From Candidatus Nomurabacteria bacterium (lineage in GTDB: Bacteria > Patescibacteriota > Minisyncoccia > Phycocordibacterales > CAIZLB01), in NCBI GenBank assembly GCA_943356525.1, contig CALRFG010000001.1:7278-71277 (forward strand): 64,000 nucleotides of DNA, in the 5' to 3' direction. The notes beneath the pieces are model-generated. The model ran no database searches. It saw nothing but the letters and a program-made list of their open reading frames with translations, and was not told the DNA's origin. Below are positions 27,496-37,658 of this stretch, in pieces. Position 1 is the first letter of the stretch. The number at the start of each line of letters is the position of its first letter. Made by a program: the position numbers and the translations under genes.

Positions 27496-28059
27496 CAATT
27501 GATTGTATTGTTTTGTTATTTCTTGTTTTTTTGCTGATGAAAGATTTTCATACTCACCACTTAATTCTACATACCATTGAAATATTAAATAAACATTTGC
27601 TTTAGTTTTTTTAATGTCACTGCTTGTATTTATAATTTTTATCAATTCTGATGAGTTTTTTGATATAAAAGGTCTCCAAGCTTCCAACAAAACCTCATTA
27701 TCTGCCGATTCAGATAAAGATAAAGCTTGACTTAATAGCTCAGGGTTTTTTGTTATCTCCCAGTTGAATAAAATTTTATTTAGATTGTTATATTCAACAT
27801 CTTCAACGCCGTCCTTGTAACTTACAACATTGACATCTAAATTATTTTTTAACAATGTTGATGTATCATCTAATTTTTTATCACCCAATGTTTCATTTTT
27901 TCCAAACACTACCCTATCAGATATAACTGTTTGTGTACTTGTTGATACCTCTATGTTTAACTGTGTTTGTTTTTTATTATTTACGTAAAAATAAGAAAAA
28001 ATTATTAAAAACGATATTAATATTATTATGATTATTCTTATAAATTTTGTATTTAACAT
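27490..28059 (-). CDS. Membrane-anchored hypothetical protein (candidate immunity or partner protein)
   Basis: N-terminal TM segment; starts 11 nt after the Tlde1-fusion stop; lies between the repeat copies. Confidence 0.7.
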   Translation of the reverse strand: MLNTKFIRIIIIILISFLIIFSYFYVNNKKQTQLNIEVSTSTQTVISDRVVFGKNETLGDKKLDDTSTLLKNNLDVNVVSYKDGVEDVEYNNLNKILFNWEITKNPELLSQALSLSESADNEVLLEAWRPFISKNSSELIKIINTSSDIKKTKANVYLIFQWYVELSGEYENLSSAKKQEITKQYNQLK

Positions 28060-28070
28060 ATTTTTATTTA

Positions 28071-29351
28071 TTATTTTCCAACAATTATTGAACCTTTACC
28101 CAAAGCTGTATAGGTTTGTATTGCTCTCCAAAACCTTTGCTGTGTTGCCAAATCTCCGACAATACCTATACAACCAATTGTACCAGGTCCACCTCCATCT
28201 GGGTGTATTCTTAGTTCTGTTCTTTGTGTATTTGTCCTCGGATCAAGTTGTATATCGTTTAGGTCACATGAATATCCAAAACCACTTACAAACATTGTTG
28301 GTTTAGATGCTATATCTGTTCTTATACGGCAATTTGTTATTGTATAAGTACCAAATGGTAAATATCCCTCACCCCCACCACCTGATCTAAAAGGAAAAAC
28401 TTCACCTGATATGTTTAGAACACCACCACTTGCTCTAGCTTGCATTAAGGTTGGATTTTCTATTGAATTTATTTTTGCGTATGCTATTCCTGACTGCATA
28501 CTTGACATCGGTAATCCATAATTTCCATAAGCATCCACAATCGACCCACCCCCAGCACCTCCTAAATACGGACTATTTGGTACACTTGGTCCATAAAGCC
28601 CTGGAACATTAACACTCTGCTGTAAACCTTCAACATTTGCAAAGCTTGTAGAATATGTACCCTCCTTCAATCCTTGGGCTGCTTTAGCTATACCCCCATC
28701 AATACTATTCTCAGTATCAAGTTGTCCTGGATTAAAGTTAAAAGCCACAAGTTGTTTGTTTACTGTATACAATATGGTATATGACAGTAAGCCTAAAGCC
28801 AAAGCTATTAAACTATTTTGCAATCTCTTTTTAGCACCTCCTTTTATCTGACCAGTTGCCTCCTCTGTCATATATTGTATACCTGAAACAGATATATTGA
28901 TAACAGATAATATTATTATGATTGATATCAAAAGTGTAAACAACATTTTCAACAACCCCTCAGTCCCACTAGCCACTTTAATACAAGTTATCTTACCTCC
29001 TTCCTTGGTGTCTCTGTTTGGAACCTCAACAACACCAAGACTCACTGCCCCTGGAAAAGTCTTGTCTATACCAGAAAAAGGTTGATAAAGTTTCTTATTT
29101 ACATAATCACAGTTTTTTGTAGTTGGAAATATTGTTGCAAGTATCGAACCTTCAGGTGCTGCCCAATCCACAAATTTATCAGCAAACCCTTTTTCTTGAG
29201 TTGGGGTGGAGGCTTGTTTTGGTGCTGCGGCATCTAGCCTCATTTGACCTGGTACAGCTTGGGGAACTTGTGCCAAAACATCATCACCACCCAAAAGCAA
29301 AACAAAAATCAACACAAGTATTTTTACAAAATTGAATAAAGGTTTATCCAT
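28071..29351 (-). CDS. VirB2/TrbC-type pilin domain fused to a Tlde1 (DUF2778, L,D-transpeptidase fold) domain
   Basis: Same N-terminus as 26216-27472; C-terminus SG...GYLPFGTY...RTELRIHPDGGGPGTIGCIGI. Confidence 0.75.
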   Translation of the reverse strand: MDKPLFNFVKILVLIFVLLLGGDDVLAQVPQAVPGQMRLDAAAPKQASTPTQEKGFADKFVDWAAPEGSILATIFPTTKNCDYVNKKLYQPFSGIDKTFPGAVSLGVVEVPNRDTKEGGKITCIKVASGTEGLLKMLFTLLISIIIILSVINISVSGIQYMTEEATGQIKGGAKKRLQNSLIALALGLLSYTILYTVNKQLVAFNFNPGQLDTENSIDGGIAKAAQGLKEGTYSTSFANVEGLQQSVNVPGLYGPSVPNSPYLGGAGGGSIVDAYGNYGLPMSSMQSGIAYAKINSIENPTLMQARASGGVLNISGEVFPFRSGGGGEGYLPFGTYTITNCRIRTDIASKPTMFVSGFGYSCDLNDIQLDPRTNTQRTELRIHPDGGGPGTIGCIGIVGDLATQQRFWRAIQTYTALGKGSIIVGK

Positions 29352-29374
29352 GTGTTGATTATATCAGATTATTT
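28527..29374. repeat. 848-bp direct repeat, copy 2
   Basis: Offset of 1879 bp from copy 1. Confidence 0.95.
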
Positions 29375-30382
29375 ATTACTTGTTTCTATTATATAAGTAA
29401 CACTTCTTGTTTGAAGTATTGAATTTTCATTTTTAATTTCTACTGACATTCTTGACCTGTCATTATTTGTTTTCTTTTTAAAAGAAAGTTCATTCAGGTT
29501 TGTATTAATTTTTACATCATTTATATACCATGTATATAATCCAGAAAAAACCGTTGAAAAAGAATAATATAAAGGATAAGAAACTATAGTTGCTTCTAAC
29601 TTATTCATGTAGTAAGTATTTTTTATTGTTTTATTAAACAAAACTCCAAGTAATGGTGATTTTTCATAAGTTATAATTTCACTAGGTAGGGCTCTTACTT
29701 TTAACAAAGCTTCATTATTGAAAGAGTTTTTTTGTGTATTTTTATCGTTAAAACTTTTTATACTTGAGAGTGTAACTTTAAATAAAGGTTCTATCCCCAA
29801 GATGTCATCCTCATATACAAATGAAGAATATCCAACCCCTGATTGATTTCCAAGGACTGTATCATCTTTTTTCCATGTGTAGTTGTTATACTTATTTGTT
29901 AAAGGATTTTCTTGATCAAGATTTATTGCGTTTAAAACAAGTGTTGCCTCTGGTGTAAAAAATGATTTACCTCTATAAAAAGGGGGTGTATATGTTCTAG
30001 ATTCCCAGACTATTATGATTTTTTTTGGATCAAATTCAAAAGTTTTTTCTATAATCAGACCATTTTCTGTAGTTATTTTTAGATCTATCTTAGTTTTTTC
30101 AGATAAAACAAAACTAGCTTTGTTTATACCTACCCCATCTTTAAAAACCACTCCGTTAATTTTCCATATAAAACTCGTGTTTTGTATAGGTGTACCATAC
30201 ATCTGAGCCTCAAGTTCTACAGTATCACCTATGTTGGGTCTAGTAGGTGTTATGTTGTAATAAACTTTTTCTTTTAGTTCTGGTATGTCACCAGGTTTGA
30301 TCAACTCGGCAAAGGTTTTTGTTGAAACACTCAAGTATAAAACAAATATAGTTATTAAAAATATTTTAGAGAAAAAACTCAT
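29369..30382 (-). CDS. Secreted protein with Ig/PKD-like domains (T4SS-cluster associated)
   Basis: Signal peptide; repeated F.WKING / YTW.KD / YTWYIND motifs. Confidence 0.7.
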   Translation of the reverse strand: MSFFSKIFLITIFVLYLSVSTKTFAELIKPGDIPELKEKVYYNITPTRPNIGDTVELEAQMYGTPIQNTSFIWKINGVVFKDGVGINKASFVLSEKTKIDLKITTENGLIIEKTFEFDPKKIIIVWESRTYTPPFYRGKSFFTPEATLVLNAINLDQENPLTNKYNNYTWKKDDTVLGNQSGVGYSSFVYEDDILGIEPLFKVTLSSIKSFNDKNTQKNSFNNEALLKVRALPSEIITYEKSPLLGVLFNKTIKNTYYMNKLEATIVSYPLYYSFSTVFSGLYTWYINDVKINTNLNELSFKKKTNNDRSRMSVEIKNENSILQTRSVTYIIETSNK

Positions 30383-30401
30383 GTTATAATTATATCAGAT
30401 T

Positions 30402-30827
30402 TTAATTTGAATAGTAGGAATAGATTACATTTAACGTCATAAAAGGTAAAAAACTTATAAAAGGAATATATTCAAGTATAGACGTTGCACCCATAGATCC
30501 TATTTTTTTCATATTAAACTTCACACCAGAGAAGAAAAACCAAGGTATAAATATCACATTGTATAGTATTGATATAAGTATACTTATTGCAGGAATTAAA
30601 CTAAGTAGATCAAGTATTATAGAGACAGCCAACATACATATAAAATTTAATGTTATTGGTTTTTTTGTGATATTTTTAGCTACATTTTTAGCATTAGTGA
30701 TCTGATTTACAGGGTTCTTGTCTCCACCTATTTTTTCACCAACCCTTTCGATTTTACTAGGACTATTTAATTCAGAAGTATCCCTCCTCTCCACTCTACT
30801 TGGCCTCTCACCTAATTGTGTAGCCAT
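30402..30827 (-). CDS. Small polytopic membrane protein
   Basis: Hydrophobic C-terminal half; overlaps the VirB4 stop codon. Confidence 0.7.
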   Translation of the reverse strand: MATQLGERPSRVERRDTSELNSPSKIERVGEKIGGDKNPVNQITNAKNVAKNITKKPITLNFICMLAVSIILDLLSLIPAISILISILYNVIFIPWFFFSGVKFNMKKIGSMGATSILEYIPFISFLPFMTLNVIYSYYSN

Positions 30828-32629
30828 GTTTTTTGATTATCTTTATTGGCATTTAATATCTCTTCTGGATTTGATGTGATGATTTTATTTTCAGTCTCTG
30901 ATGCGACAACTTTCAGTGCAACATGTTTTTGTCCTGCAAAAAATATTCCCTCCCCGACACCTGACTCTAATAATAAATATTTCTCTTCATTTGTAAGGTT
31001 AAATGTCTTTTGAACCATATCTATCGATGTTGGTGACTGTTTTAACATAAATTGCATAGATGAGTTTGTGATAATAGGCAATCCATAAGGAGATCTCAAA
31101 AAGTCTTCTACATCTTGAGTTATTGTTGATATACCTAGATAGTATTTTCTACCTCTTTTAGCTAAGCCAAACAAGAAAGATGCTGTATCTTCTGATTTCA
31201 TCATCCACCACGCTTCATCAACAACCAAAAGTCTCTTTTTTATTTCTTTACGTACTAAACTCCAAATATGATGCATAACTATATACATAGCTATAGGTTT
31301 AAGCTCATCTTCCATATCACGAAGAGAAAATACCACTAATTTTTTATTTATATCCAAGTTTGAAGGTCTGTTTATAAATCCTGACCATGTTCCTTTTGTA
31401 TATTTTGTAAGTCTCTGTACCAATGACTCCCCTCCTTCAAGTCCAGCGAGTACCAACTCAAAGTCTGACATCAAAGGTGGTTCTATAGCTGAAAAATTGG
31501 CTTCAGGGGTGATATCTTTAAGTGCATAGGTTTCAGATATAGCTCTATCTATAATAGAATCCTCCTCAGGTGTTAAACCTCCAAGCATAAGACGGAAAAG
31601 TCCAACCAGGTTTACTATATGTGATCGTAAAACATCAGACGGAGACTCATCCTCATGTGGCATAGGTAAGTCAAAAGGGTTGATATGATTTTCTGATGTT
31701 AAAGATATATTAAAATATCTACCACCTAGAGTCTCTGTCATCTTCTCATACTCTCTTTCAGGGTCAAGAACTATAACATCAACATCAAACATAAGAGATC
31801 TTAATATCTCAAGTTTAGTGGCATAAGATTTTCCAGAACCAGATTTTGCAAAAGTAACAGAGTTATAGTTTTCAAGAGAAAATCTATCAAATAACACCAA
31901 ACTGTTATTGTGACGGTTCAACCCATATAAAATACCTCTACCTTCTGTAAGGTCAAAAGAAATAAATGGAAATATACTTGATAGTGGTGATGAGTTTAGT
32001 TTTGAATGAACATCTAATTCATCAGTAGATACTGGTATAGTTGTCCTAAAACCTTGCTCTTGTTGAAACAATGCAGGTTTGATAAAAACAAGAGAAGCCT
32101 CAAGTGTTGATTTTATTTCTGACTCTACCCTGTTGAGTTCTTCCTCACTGTCACCGTATATAGATATATAAATCCCAACATCAAATATTTTTTCTTGTGC
32201 TTGTTGTAGGTTGTCACGCAACTGCTCTAGGTTTTGATATGAGGCATCAAGCTGTGGATCACGAACTAAACCCTTTTCCTCTCTGTCGTTGATTTGACTT
32301 TGTACCTCAGCAACTTTTTTCTTAAATTCATTTAACACAGTTGATGTGTCTATGGGTTGTATAAATATCGATATATCAAAGGCTTTATCTAGATTAATGA
32401 TTGGTGAAAACCAAGAGTCTGATAAAAACTTTGGATAAGACATTACAAAAAAACTTCTAACTAACTTCTCACCTAGGTTTAAAGTCTTAGGACTTATTTT
32501 TAGAGCGGAAGGTGCAATAATATCTTTAAGTTCAAGTACTGCCGATCTATAAATATCTTTCGGTAATATAGACGTTATTTGTTTTATTTGGTTGTTATTA
32601 TTTGTTTTTAAAAAATCTAGAAATCCCAT
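30812..32629 (-). CDS. VirB4-like (TraC/ConE-type) secretion ATPase
   Basis: AKSGSGKS Walker A, LDPEREY, INPFD, VVDEAW Walker B, RKY and TQ motifs. Confidence 0.92.
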   Translation of the reverse strand: MGFLDFLKTNNNNQIKQITSILPKDIYRSAVLELKDIIAPSALKISPKTLNLGEKLVRSFFVMSYPKFLSDSWFSPIINLDKAFDISIFIQPIDTSTVLNEFKKKVAEVQSQINDREEKGLVRDPQLDASYQNLEQLRDNLQQAQEKIFDVGIYISIYGDSEEELNRVESEIKSTLEASLVFIKPALFQQEQGFRTTIPVSTDELDVHSKLNSSPLSSIFPFISFDLTEGRGILYGLNRHNNSLVLFDRFSLENYNSVTFAKSGSGKSYATKLEILRSLMFDVDVIVLDPEREYEKMTETLGGRYFNISLTSENHINPFDLPMPHEDESPSDVLRSHIVNLVGLFRLMLGGLTPEEDSIIDRAISETYALKDITPEANFSAIEPPLMSDFELVLAGLEGGESLVQRLTKYTKGTWSGFINRPSNLDINKKLVVFSLRDMEDELKPIAMYIVMHHIWSLVRKEIKKRLLVVDEAWWMMKSEDTASFLFGLAKRGRKYYLGISTITQDVEDFLRSPYGLPIITNSSMQFMLKQSPTSIDMVQKTFNLTNEEKYLLLESGVGEGIFFAGQKHVALKVVASETENKIITSNPEEILNANKDNQKTWLHN

Positions 32630-32638
32630 ATGTATATA

Positions 32639-33262
32639 TTACATCTTTATTGGTTTTTCTGCATCTCCTGGATTAAATATTCTATAAAATAATTCAACTA
32701 ACTCTTCACTACCAAGACGAGCTATCTTTACACCACAACGCGCTAAGCCTTGCTCCACTACAGATATCCTCTGTTCTATTTGATTTTTTATTTCCTCGAA
32801 GTCATCATTCTTACTTTTTTGATTTTCAAATTCATCTTTCTTTTTAAACATTCCTGTTATACTTTTTGTTGCATTTGATATGGGTGCATATGGAACAACT
32901 ATAAAAAAACTTTTAGTCATTATATTTGACCCTTCTGTTAATCCTTTTATAAACATAATATATTCACTAATCTGAACTTTCATCAAATCACTTGTTTGAG
33001 CCCTAAGCCTATCCTCTAACAGCGCTACATAAGGTCTTATATCAAGTTTTCTTGATTGTATATAAGTTTGAACTGTAAAATCTAATGAGTTAAGGAAATT
33101 TTGAAATTGATAAATAACAGATTCTTGTTCTTCTGTTGACTTTAATGCAAAGTTAATTGATGTTGCCAAAACAACAGCTCTCATTGAGCCGTCCTTCAAT
33201 ATCATAATACCTTCACGTATTTCATTGATTGGTACAAAATCTTGTGCAGGGTTAGTCTTCAT
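32639..33262 (-). CDS. VirB4-associated TraC-like protein
   Basis: SINFALKSTEEQ...FQNFLNSLDF pattern, located between prgI and virB4. Confidence 0.7.
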   Translation of the reverse strand: MKTNPAQDFVPINEIREGIMILKDGSMRAVVLATSINFALKSTEEQESVIYQFQNFLNSLDFTVQTYIQSRKLDIRPYVALLEDRLRAQTSDLMKVQISEYIMFIKGLTEGSNIMTKSFFIVVPYAPISNATKSITGMFKKKDEFENQKSKNDDFEEIKNQIEQRISVVEQGLARCGVKIARLGSEELVELFYRIFNPGDAEKPIKM

Positions 33263-33263
33263 G

Positions 33264-33335
33264 GGCGGCTAGAGAGAATCGAACTCTCGACTCAGGATCC
33301 ACAAACCTGGGTTTTACCACTAAACTATAGTCGCC
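33264..33335 (-). tRNA. tRNA-His(GTG) with encoded G-1 and C73
   Basis: GGCGACTATAGTTTAGTGGTAAAACCCAGGTTTGTGGATCCTGAGTCGAGAGTTCGATTCTCTCTAGCCGCC; A4:C69 mismatch. Confidence 0.92.
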
Positions 33336-33380
33336 ATACCTATATTTATAGCAGATATATAGGTATTATTCAATTTTTTC

Positions 33381-33806
33381 TCACTGTTCTTTTTTTGTTG
33401 GATATACACTTTTGTTTACGTCCAAACTCCAAGCCAGATCTTTTAGTTTACTTTGTGACAAAGATGGTGCTAGGAATGAGTCAGCTACACTTGTATCTTG
33501 TACTTTCTCTTCGGCCGTAACAGGTTTATCTATTTTTTTCCATATATATAACTTTGATTTTGTCATATATGAGAAACCGGCAGCTAAAACATCTATAAAA
33601 CTTTTATTATTTATTTTAACAAAAGCTAAAGATCCTGCTAATGCCCAAAGTATAAACATGAGTATAATACCAGGAAAAAAACCAAATACTTTATATATAA
33701 TATATGTACCACCAATACCGCCGAGTATATATATAAATTGCTTAAATGTTAAAGGTCCTATGATTTTACTTTCAAACTCTATAAACTGTGGTACTTGATA
33801 TCTCAT
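33381..33806 (-). CDS. PrgI family membrane protein
   Basis: YQVPQFIEFESKIIGPLTFKQF followed by two TM segments. Confidence 0.88.
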   Translation of the reverse strand: MRYQVPQFIEFESKIIGPLTFKQFIYILGGIGGTYIIYKVFGFFPGIILMFILWALAGSLAFVKINNKSFIDVLAAGFSYMTKSKLYIWKKIDKPVTAEEKVQDTSVADSFLAPSLSQSKLKDLAWSLDVNKSVYPTKKEQ

Positions 33807-33810
33807 ATTG

Positions 33811-34614
33811 TTATTCTAATGGTTCTCTATAGATGTCGTCAAGATTTATAGTTATTGGTTTTTTAATCTCAAGTTTTTGTTCTATATTTGTTTGGATTTT
33901 TATAGGCATTGGTTGAGGCGGTATTTCTGTTTTTGTTATTTCTGGAATAATATCTTCTGTGTGAAATGGTTTCTCTATATGTGTGTTCTGTAGTTGATGG
34001 TCCACAGGGATAGGTTGTGATGCGGGTTGTACAGGTTTAGGCGTTAGTTCTATGGTGAATGATTTTGTCGGTGTGTTTATTTCGTTTAGCATATCGTCTT
34101 TTTCTTTATTGATGTCGGTTGGGATTTCTTTATCTTTTATAACTTCTTCTATAACTTCTTCTTCATCTTCAGGACTAGCATCATCCTCTTCTCTTATTTT
34201 ATCTAGTTCGGCATAGTGTTTTGCATAGGCTTCGTTTTCTGCACGGGCTTCTTTTTCATCATCGTCTAGTAGAAAGTTTTCTATTTCTTCTTCTTCTTTA
34301 TCTCCCTCATCCATATCAACCAAATCTTCTCTTATTTTTTTTAAAATCTTTAAATCAACTTCCAGTAATATATCTGCAGCCATTTCTGAATTTATATGTG
34401 CATCACCAAACATATGGCTTATAAAATCTGGCGCATCTATATCGCCAAACATAAGCTTCATTGTACAGTCTTCAAGTACTTGGGTTTGGTCTATGTGTAG
34501 TTTGAATTGAGTTTTGATTTGTACAAGGGATTCTTCCCAATTTGACATACTAATAGCATACTGAAGATTTTCAGGTAGAGTTTTTAATTTTTCATCATAA
34601 TATGTTTTGTTCAT
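33811..34614 (-). CDS. Acidic hypothetical protein
   Basis: 267-aa ORF in the operon, ending DDIYREPLE. Confidence 0.75.
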   Translation of the reverse strand: MNKTYYDEKLKTLPENLQYAISMSNWEESLVQIKTQFKLHIDQTQVLEDCTMKLMFGDIDAPDFISHMFGDAHINSEMAADILLEVDLKILKKIREDLVDMDEGDKEEEEIENFLLDDDEKEARAENEAYAKHYAELDKIREEDDASPEDEEEVIEEVIKDKEIPTDINKEKDDMLNEINTPTKSFTIELTPKPVQPASQPIPVDHQLQNTHIEKPFHTEDIIPEITKTEIPPQPMPIKIQTNIEQKLEIKKPITINLDDIYREPLE

Positions 34615-34624
34615 AGTTTTTTAA

Positions 34625-37618
34625 TTATTTTTCTTTTGCTTTTTCTGCTGCTGCCGCTTTTTTTGCTAAGTCTTCATTCTTTTTTATTAAATCTTTATTA
34701 ACTTTTTCACGAACCTCTTTTACTTTTTCACCAGCATCATATACTTTTTCTTCAAGATCACGTCTAATATCAGATGGTATGTTTCCAGAATATGAATGCT
34801 CGGCATCTTCAAGGTTTCTTCTTGCTGTATTGAATTCCCTACTTTCTTTACCTGCTTTTTTATCCAAACCTGGTGATGTAGGGTCTTTAATCATTTCATC
34901 TATTGTTTTATCTTCAGGTAAAAGGGCTAATTTTTCTTTTATCTTTTTAATCATTGCTTCTGAATCCTTCTCATTCTGATCATTCTGGTATTTTCCCTCT
35001 TCTGCCTTGAACGCTGCCTCTGCTGCTTTAGCCTTAGCCTCTGCTTTTTGTGTTCTATAAGGTTTCCATAAACCTTTTTTATTAATTTTTGTAGCACCTG
35101 CACCTGTAGTGTGATATTTTGATACATCTCCTAAACCTTTTGCAACCTCTTTGTTGTCAAGTTTAAACTTTATACCAGTAATATTACCACCTGCGTCTCT
35201 TATTTCTTCACGTACCAATGCTTTATCCATTATTGCTGTAAGGTGTTTTGTACCATCTTTATTTTCTTTGTGAATTATATCTTTATTACCAAATGAAACT
35301 TTTGCTCTCTTCTCTATTTGCTTTTCTACGTACTCTTTATATTTATCAGCTTTTGCTGCATCAACTCCTATTGCACCATTTTTCTTTTCCCACTGCTCTT
35401 GTGTATCCGGTTTATATTTCTCAGCTGCCATTTTTATTAGGTTTTCTTCGTCCTCTTTTGAACCTTTTATTATTTTATTGTCTATTTCTTTTCTTTCCTT
35501 AGTTGTTTGAGCTTGTAATGCAACTGCTTTTCTTGCAAGAGCTGAACCTACAATCGGTACACCCCTTAATCCTAATGCACTATTTCTTAAAGCATCAGCA
35601 GCTGTCTCTTTTAGGTTAGCGCCAGGATTTGAAAATCCATCACCTGCACCTTTCCAAAAACCATTACCTCTAGATGCACTTCTGGCACCGTAACCTAGAC
35701 CCGTAACTGCGCGAAGAGGAACTTTTATCGCACCTACAGATGCACCCAATGTAGCCGCTCCCACCTTCTTAGCTAAGCCTGATGTCATCTTTGTTTGCCA
35801 ACCTGCAAATTTATTTGCTACACCGGTACCCAATTTATTTCCAATAGCACCATCACCTCCATCTCCCACATGCTTAACTCCGTAACTAATAGCTCTCATT
35901 AAAAACATTATAACTATACAGAAAACAGCTACAAGAGATATAGAAGACCCTAAGCCCGACGCTCCTACAGGTGGACTACATATTAGACTTAAAAGGCTTC
36001 CTCCATCTTTTTGTATTGTTGCCAATTTATCAAAAACAATAATAGCTATCAATATTTGAAAAAGATATAAGATTGGAAATAATAAAACATGCTGCATTTC
36101 TGACCACCATTTTCTACTTATTTGATTCATTCTTTCATTCCCAGGGATCACATAACCCCAAACCCAAAGAGGTGATCTTATAAATAAGAATATTATATTT
36201 ACTAAACGTATCAAAAATAATATAGCTGCTAGACCCAATGCTAATATAAGCACTATTAAAAATATTGTACCCAAAATAGAAACAGTAATCAATGATGTTG
36301 GATTGTTAGCACAAGTACCCTCGGCCTGTAGTGTTTTAGGTGTAAATATTTCTGAAACATTATAAAGACCCGTTAAACCTACAGTGTTCATAACCCTCAA
36401 AGATATAGACGATTCTTTATTAGCTGAGCTACTTTTCATTACTTCGTATATTTTTAAGGAAACAATATTTGACCCATCAACCATAAGTTTTGCGGCAAAT
36501 AATGAAAAATTCATAAGTATCGCAAAAATAACAACATTAGTTAGAATTTTTCTTGCATTGTACTTTGCATCATTTCCTATAAGTATCTGAACAGCTGTAA
36601 AAAGTAGTATAAAAATAAAAGTCATGTTTAATATATCTCTGATAAATGACCAAGTTATTTCAACGACACCCAGCTTTTTTAAAAACTCTGCAGAGTTTAC
36701 TGAAAGCTCCAAAGAATAATCAAAAAGTGTACCAACTAAATATGCAGCAAAAGAAGCAAGTTTAAATATAACATTTGTTAAGATTGCTACACCCCATAAC
36801 ATACAATTAGGTGACCAAAAATTAGTAACACCGCAATCAGGTTCTGAAACAGGTTGATTATAAGACGCAGCTTGCCTTTCTTTTTCGGTTATTATTTTTT
36901 GGTTTACACCACGATTGTTCAAAGCTCCAGTTTCTTGAAACTCTGCAGCATCTACAAGTGCTTGTGCTACTGCTATCTGCTGAGGAGTACCGCCATTTGA
37001 TCTTACATTTTCCAGTTCTTGTCTGGCTTCATCTGCTTTTTTTGTTGTCTCATCAACTTTTTGCTGTAAAGACTCTTCTGCAGCTCTTGCATTCCACAAT
37101 ACATTTTTATCATTTATAGTTGTCCCTTCGGGTCTACCTTGCGCTTTATCTATGATGTTTAGTTGCTCATTGGCTTCGACTGATTCTTTTACAGTTGGTT
37201 TTAATACTGTATAAAAATTACCACCTGTACCGTTATCTCTCCTTTTTGTTGCATATGCAATATTAACATCCTTACCTGGTTTTTCTTTATATACAAAAGT
37301 ACTTACATTTGAACTATTTTCTCTGTATACATTATATTTTGTTATATTATCAGCAAATGGAACCAAATCAGCTTTAAGCTTAACTTTTAATGCATCAATC
37401 TCTTCATCTGTTAATTGTGGGTTGGAAGGGTTTGCGTTAAATAATGTAAAATAAGCCTCATCTACAATATAACCACTTGCCTTATCATTATCATTCAAAT
37501 ACCCTTTTGTGTCTCCTACTACATCAACTTTTGCTTCTACTAGTTTTGGAATAACGAACATCGAACATAAAAAAAATACCAACAAAAAAATATTTTTCTT
37601 AGAATTAAAATTAGACAT
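34625..37618 (-). CDS. Large VirB6-like polytopic membrane protein with N-terminal extracellular region and C-terminal coiled coil
   Basis: WSFIRDILNM...LMNFSLF..KLMVDGSN...SPLWVW TM block; T4SS context. Confidence 0.65.
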   Translation of the reverse strand: MSNFNSKKNIFLLVFFLCSMFVIPKLVEAKVDVVGDTKGYLNDNDKASGYIVDEAYFTLFNANPSNPQLTDEEIDALKVKLKADLVPFADNITKYNVYRENSSNVSTFVYKEKPGKDVNIAYATKRRDNGTGGNFYTVLKPTVKESVEANEQLNIIDKAQGRPEGTTINDKNVLWNARAAEESLQQKVDETTKKADEARQELENVRSNGGTPQQIAVAQALVDAAEFQETGALNNRGVNQKIITEKERQAASYNQPVSEPDCGVTNFWSPNCMLWGVAILTNVIFKLASFAAYLVGTLFDYSLELSVNSAEFLKKLGVVEITWSFIRDILNMTFIFILLFTAVQILIGNDAKYNARKILTNVVIFAILMNFSLFAAKLMVDGSNIVSLKIYEVMKSSSANKESSISLRVMNTVGLTGLYNVSEIFTPKTLQAEGTCANNPTSLITVSILGTIFLIVLILALGLAAILFLIRLVNIIFLFIRSPLWVWGYVIPGNERMNQISRKWWSEMQHVLLFPILYLFQILIAIIVFDKLATIQKDGGSLLSLICSPPVGASGLGSSISLVAVFCIVIMFLMRAISYGVKHVGDGGDGAIGNKLGTGVANKFAGWQTKMTSGLAKKVGAATLGASVGAIKVPLRAVTGLGYGARSASRGNGFWKGAGDGFSNPGANLKETAADALRNSALGLRGVPIVGSALARKAVALQAQTTKERKEIDNKIIKGSKEDEENLIKMAAEKYKPDTQEQWEKKNGAIGVDAAKADKYKEYVEKQIEKRAKVSFGNKDIIHKENKDGTKHLTAIMDKALVREEIRDAGGNITGIKFKLDNKEVAKGLGDVSKYHTTGAGATKINKKGLWKPYRTQKAEAKAKAAEAAFKAEEGKYQNDQNEKDSEAMIKKIKEKLALLPEDKTIDEMIKDPTSPGLDKKAGKESREFNTARRNLEDAEHSYSGNIPSDIRRDLEEKVYDAGEKVKEVREKVNKDLIKKNEDLAKKAAAAEKAKEK

Positions 37619-37658
37619 ACTTAACTAAAGTATACTACAAATAAATTAAAATATTAAA

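Noticed and set aside
26648-29374. Insertion sequence explanation for the 848-bp repeat
   Set aside because: No transposase or terminal inverted repeats; the repeat is the promoter and 5' part of a pilin gene.
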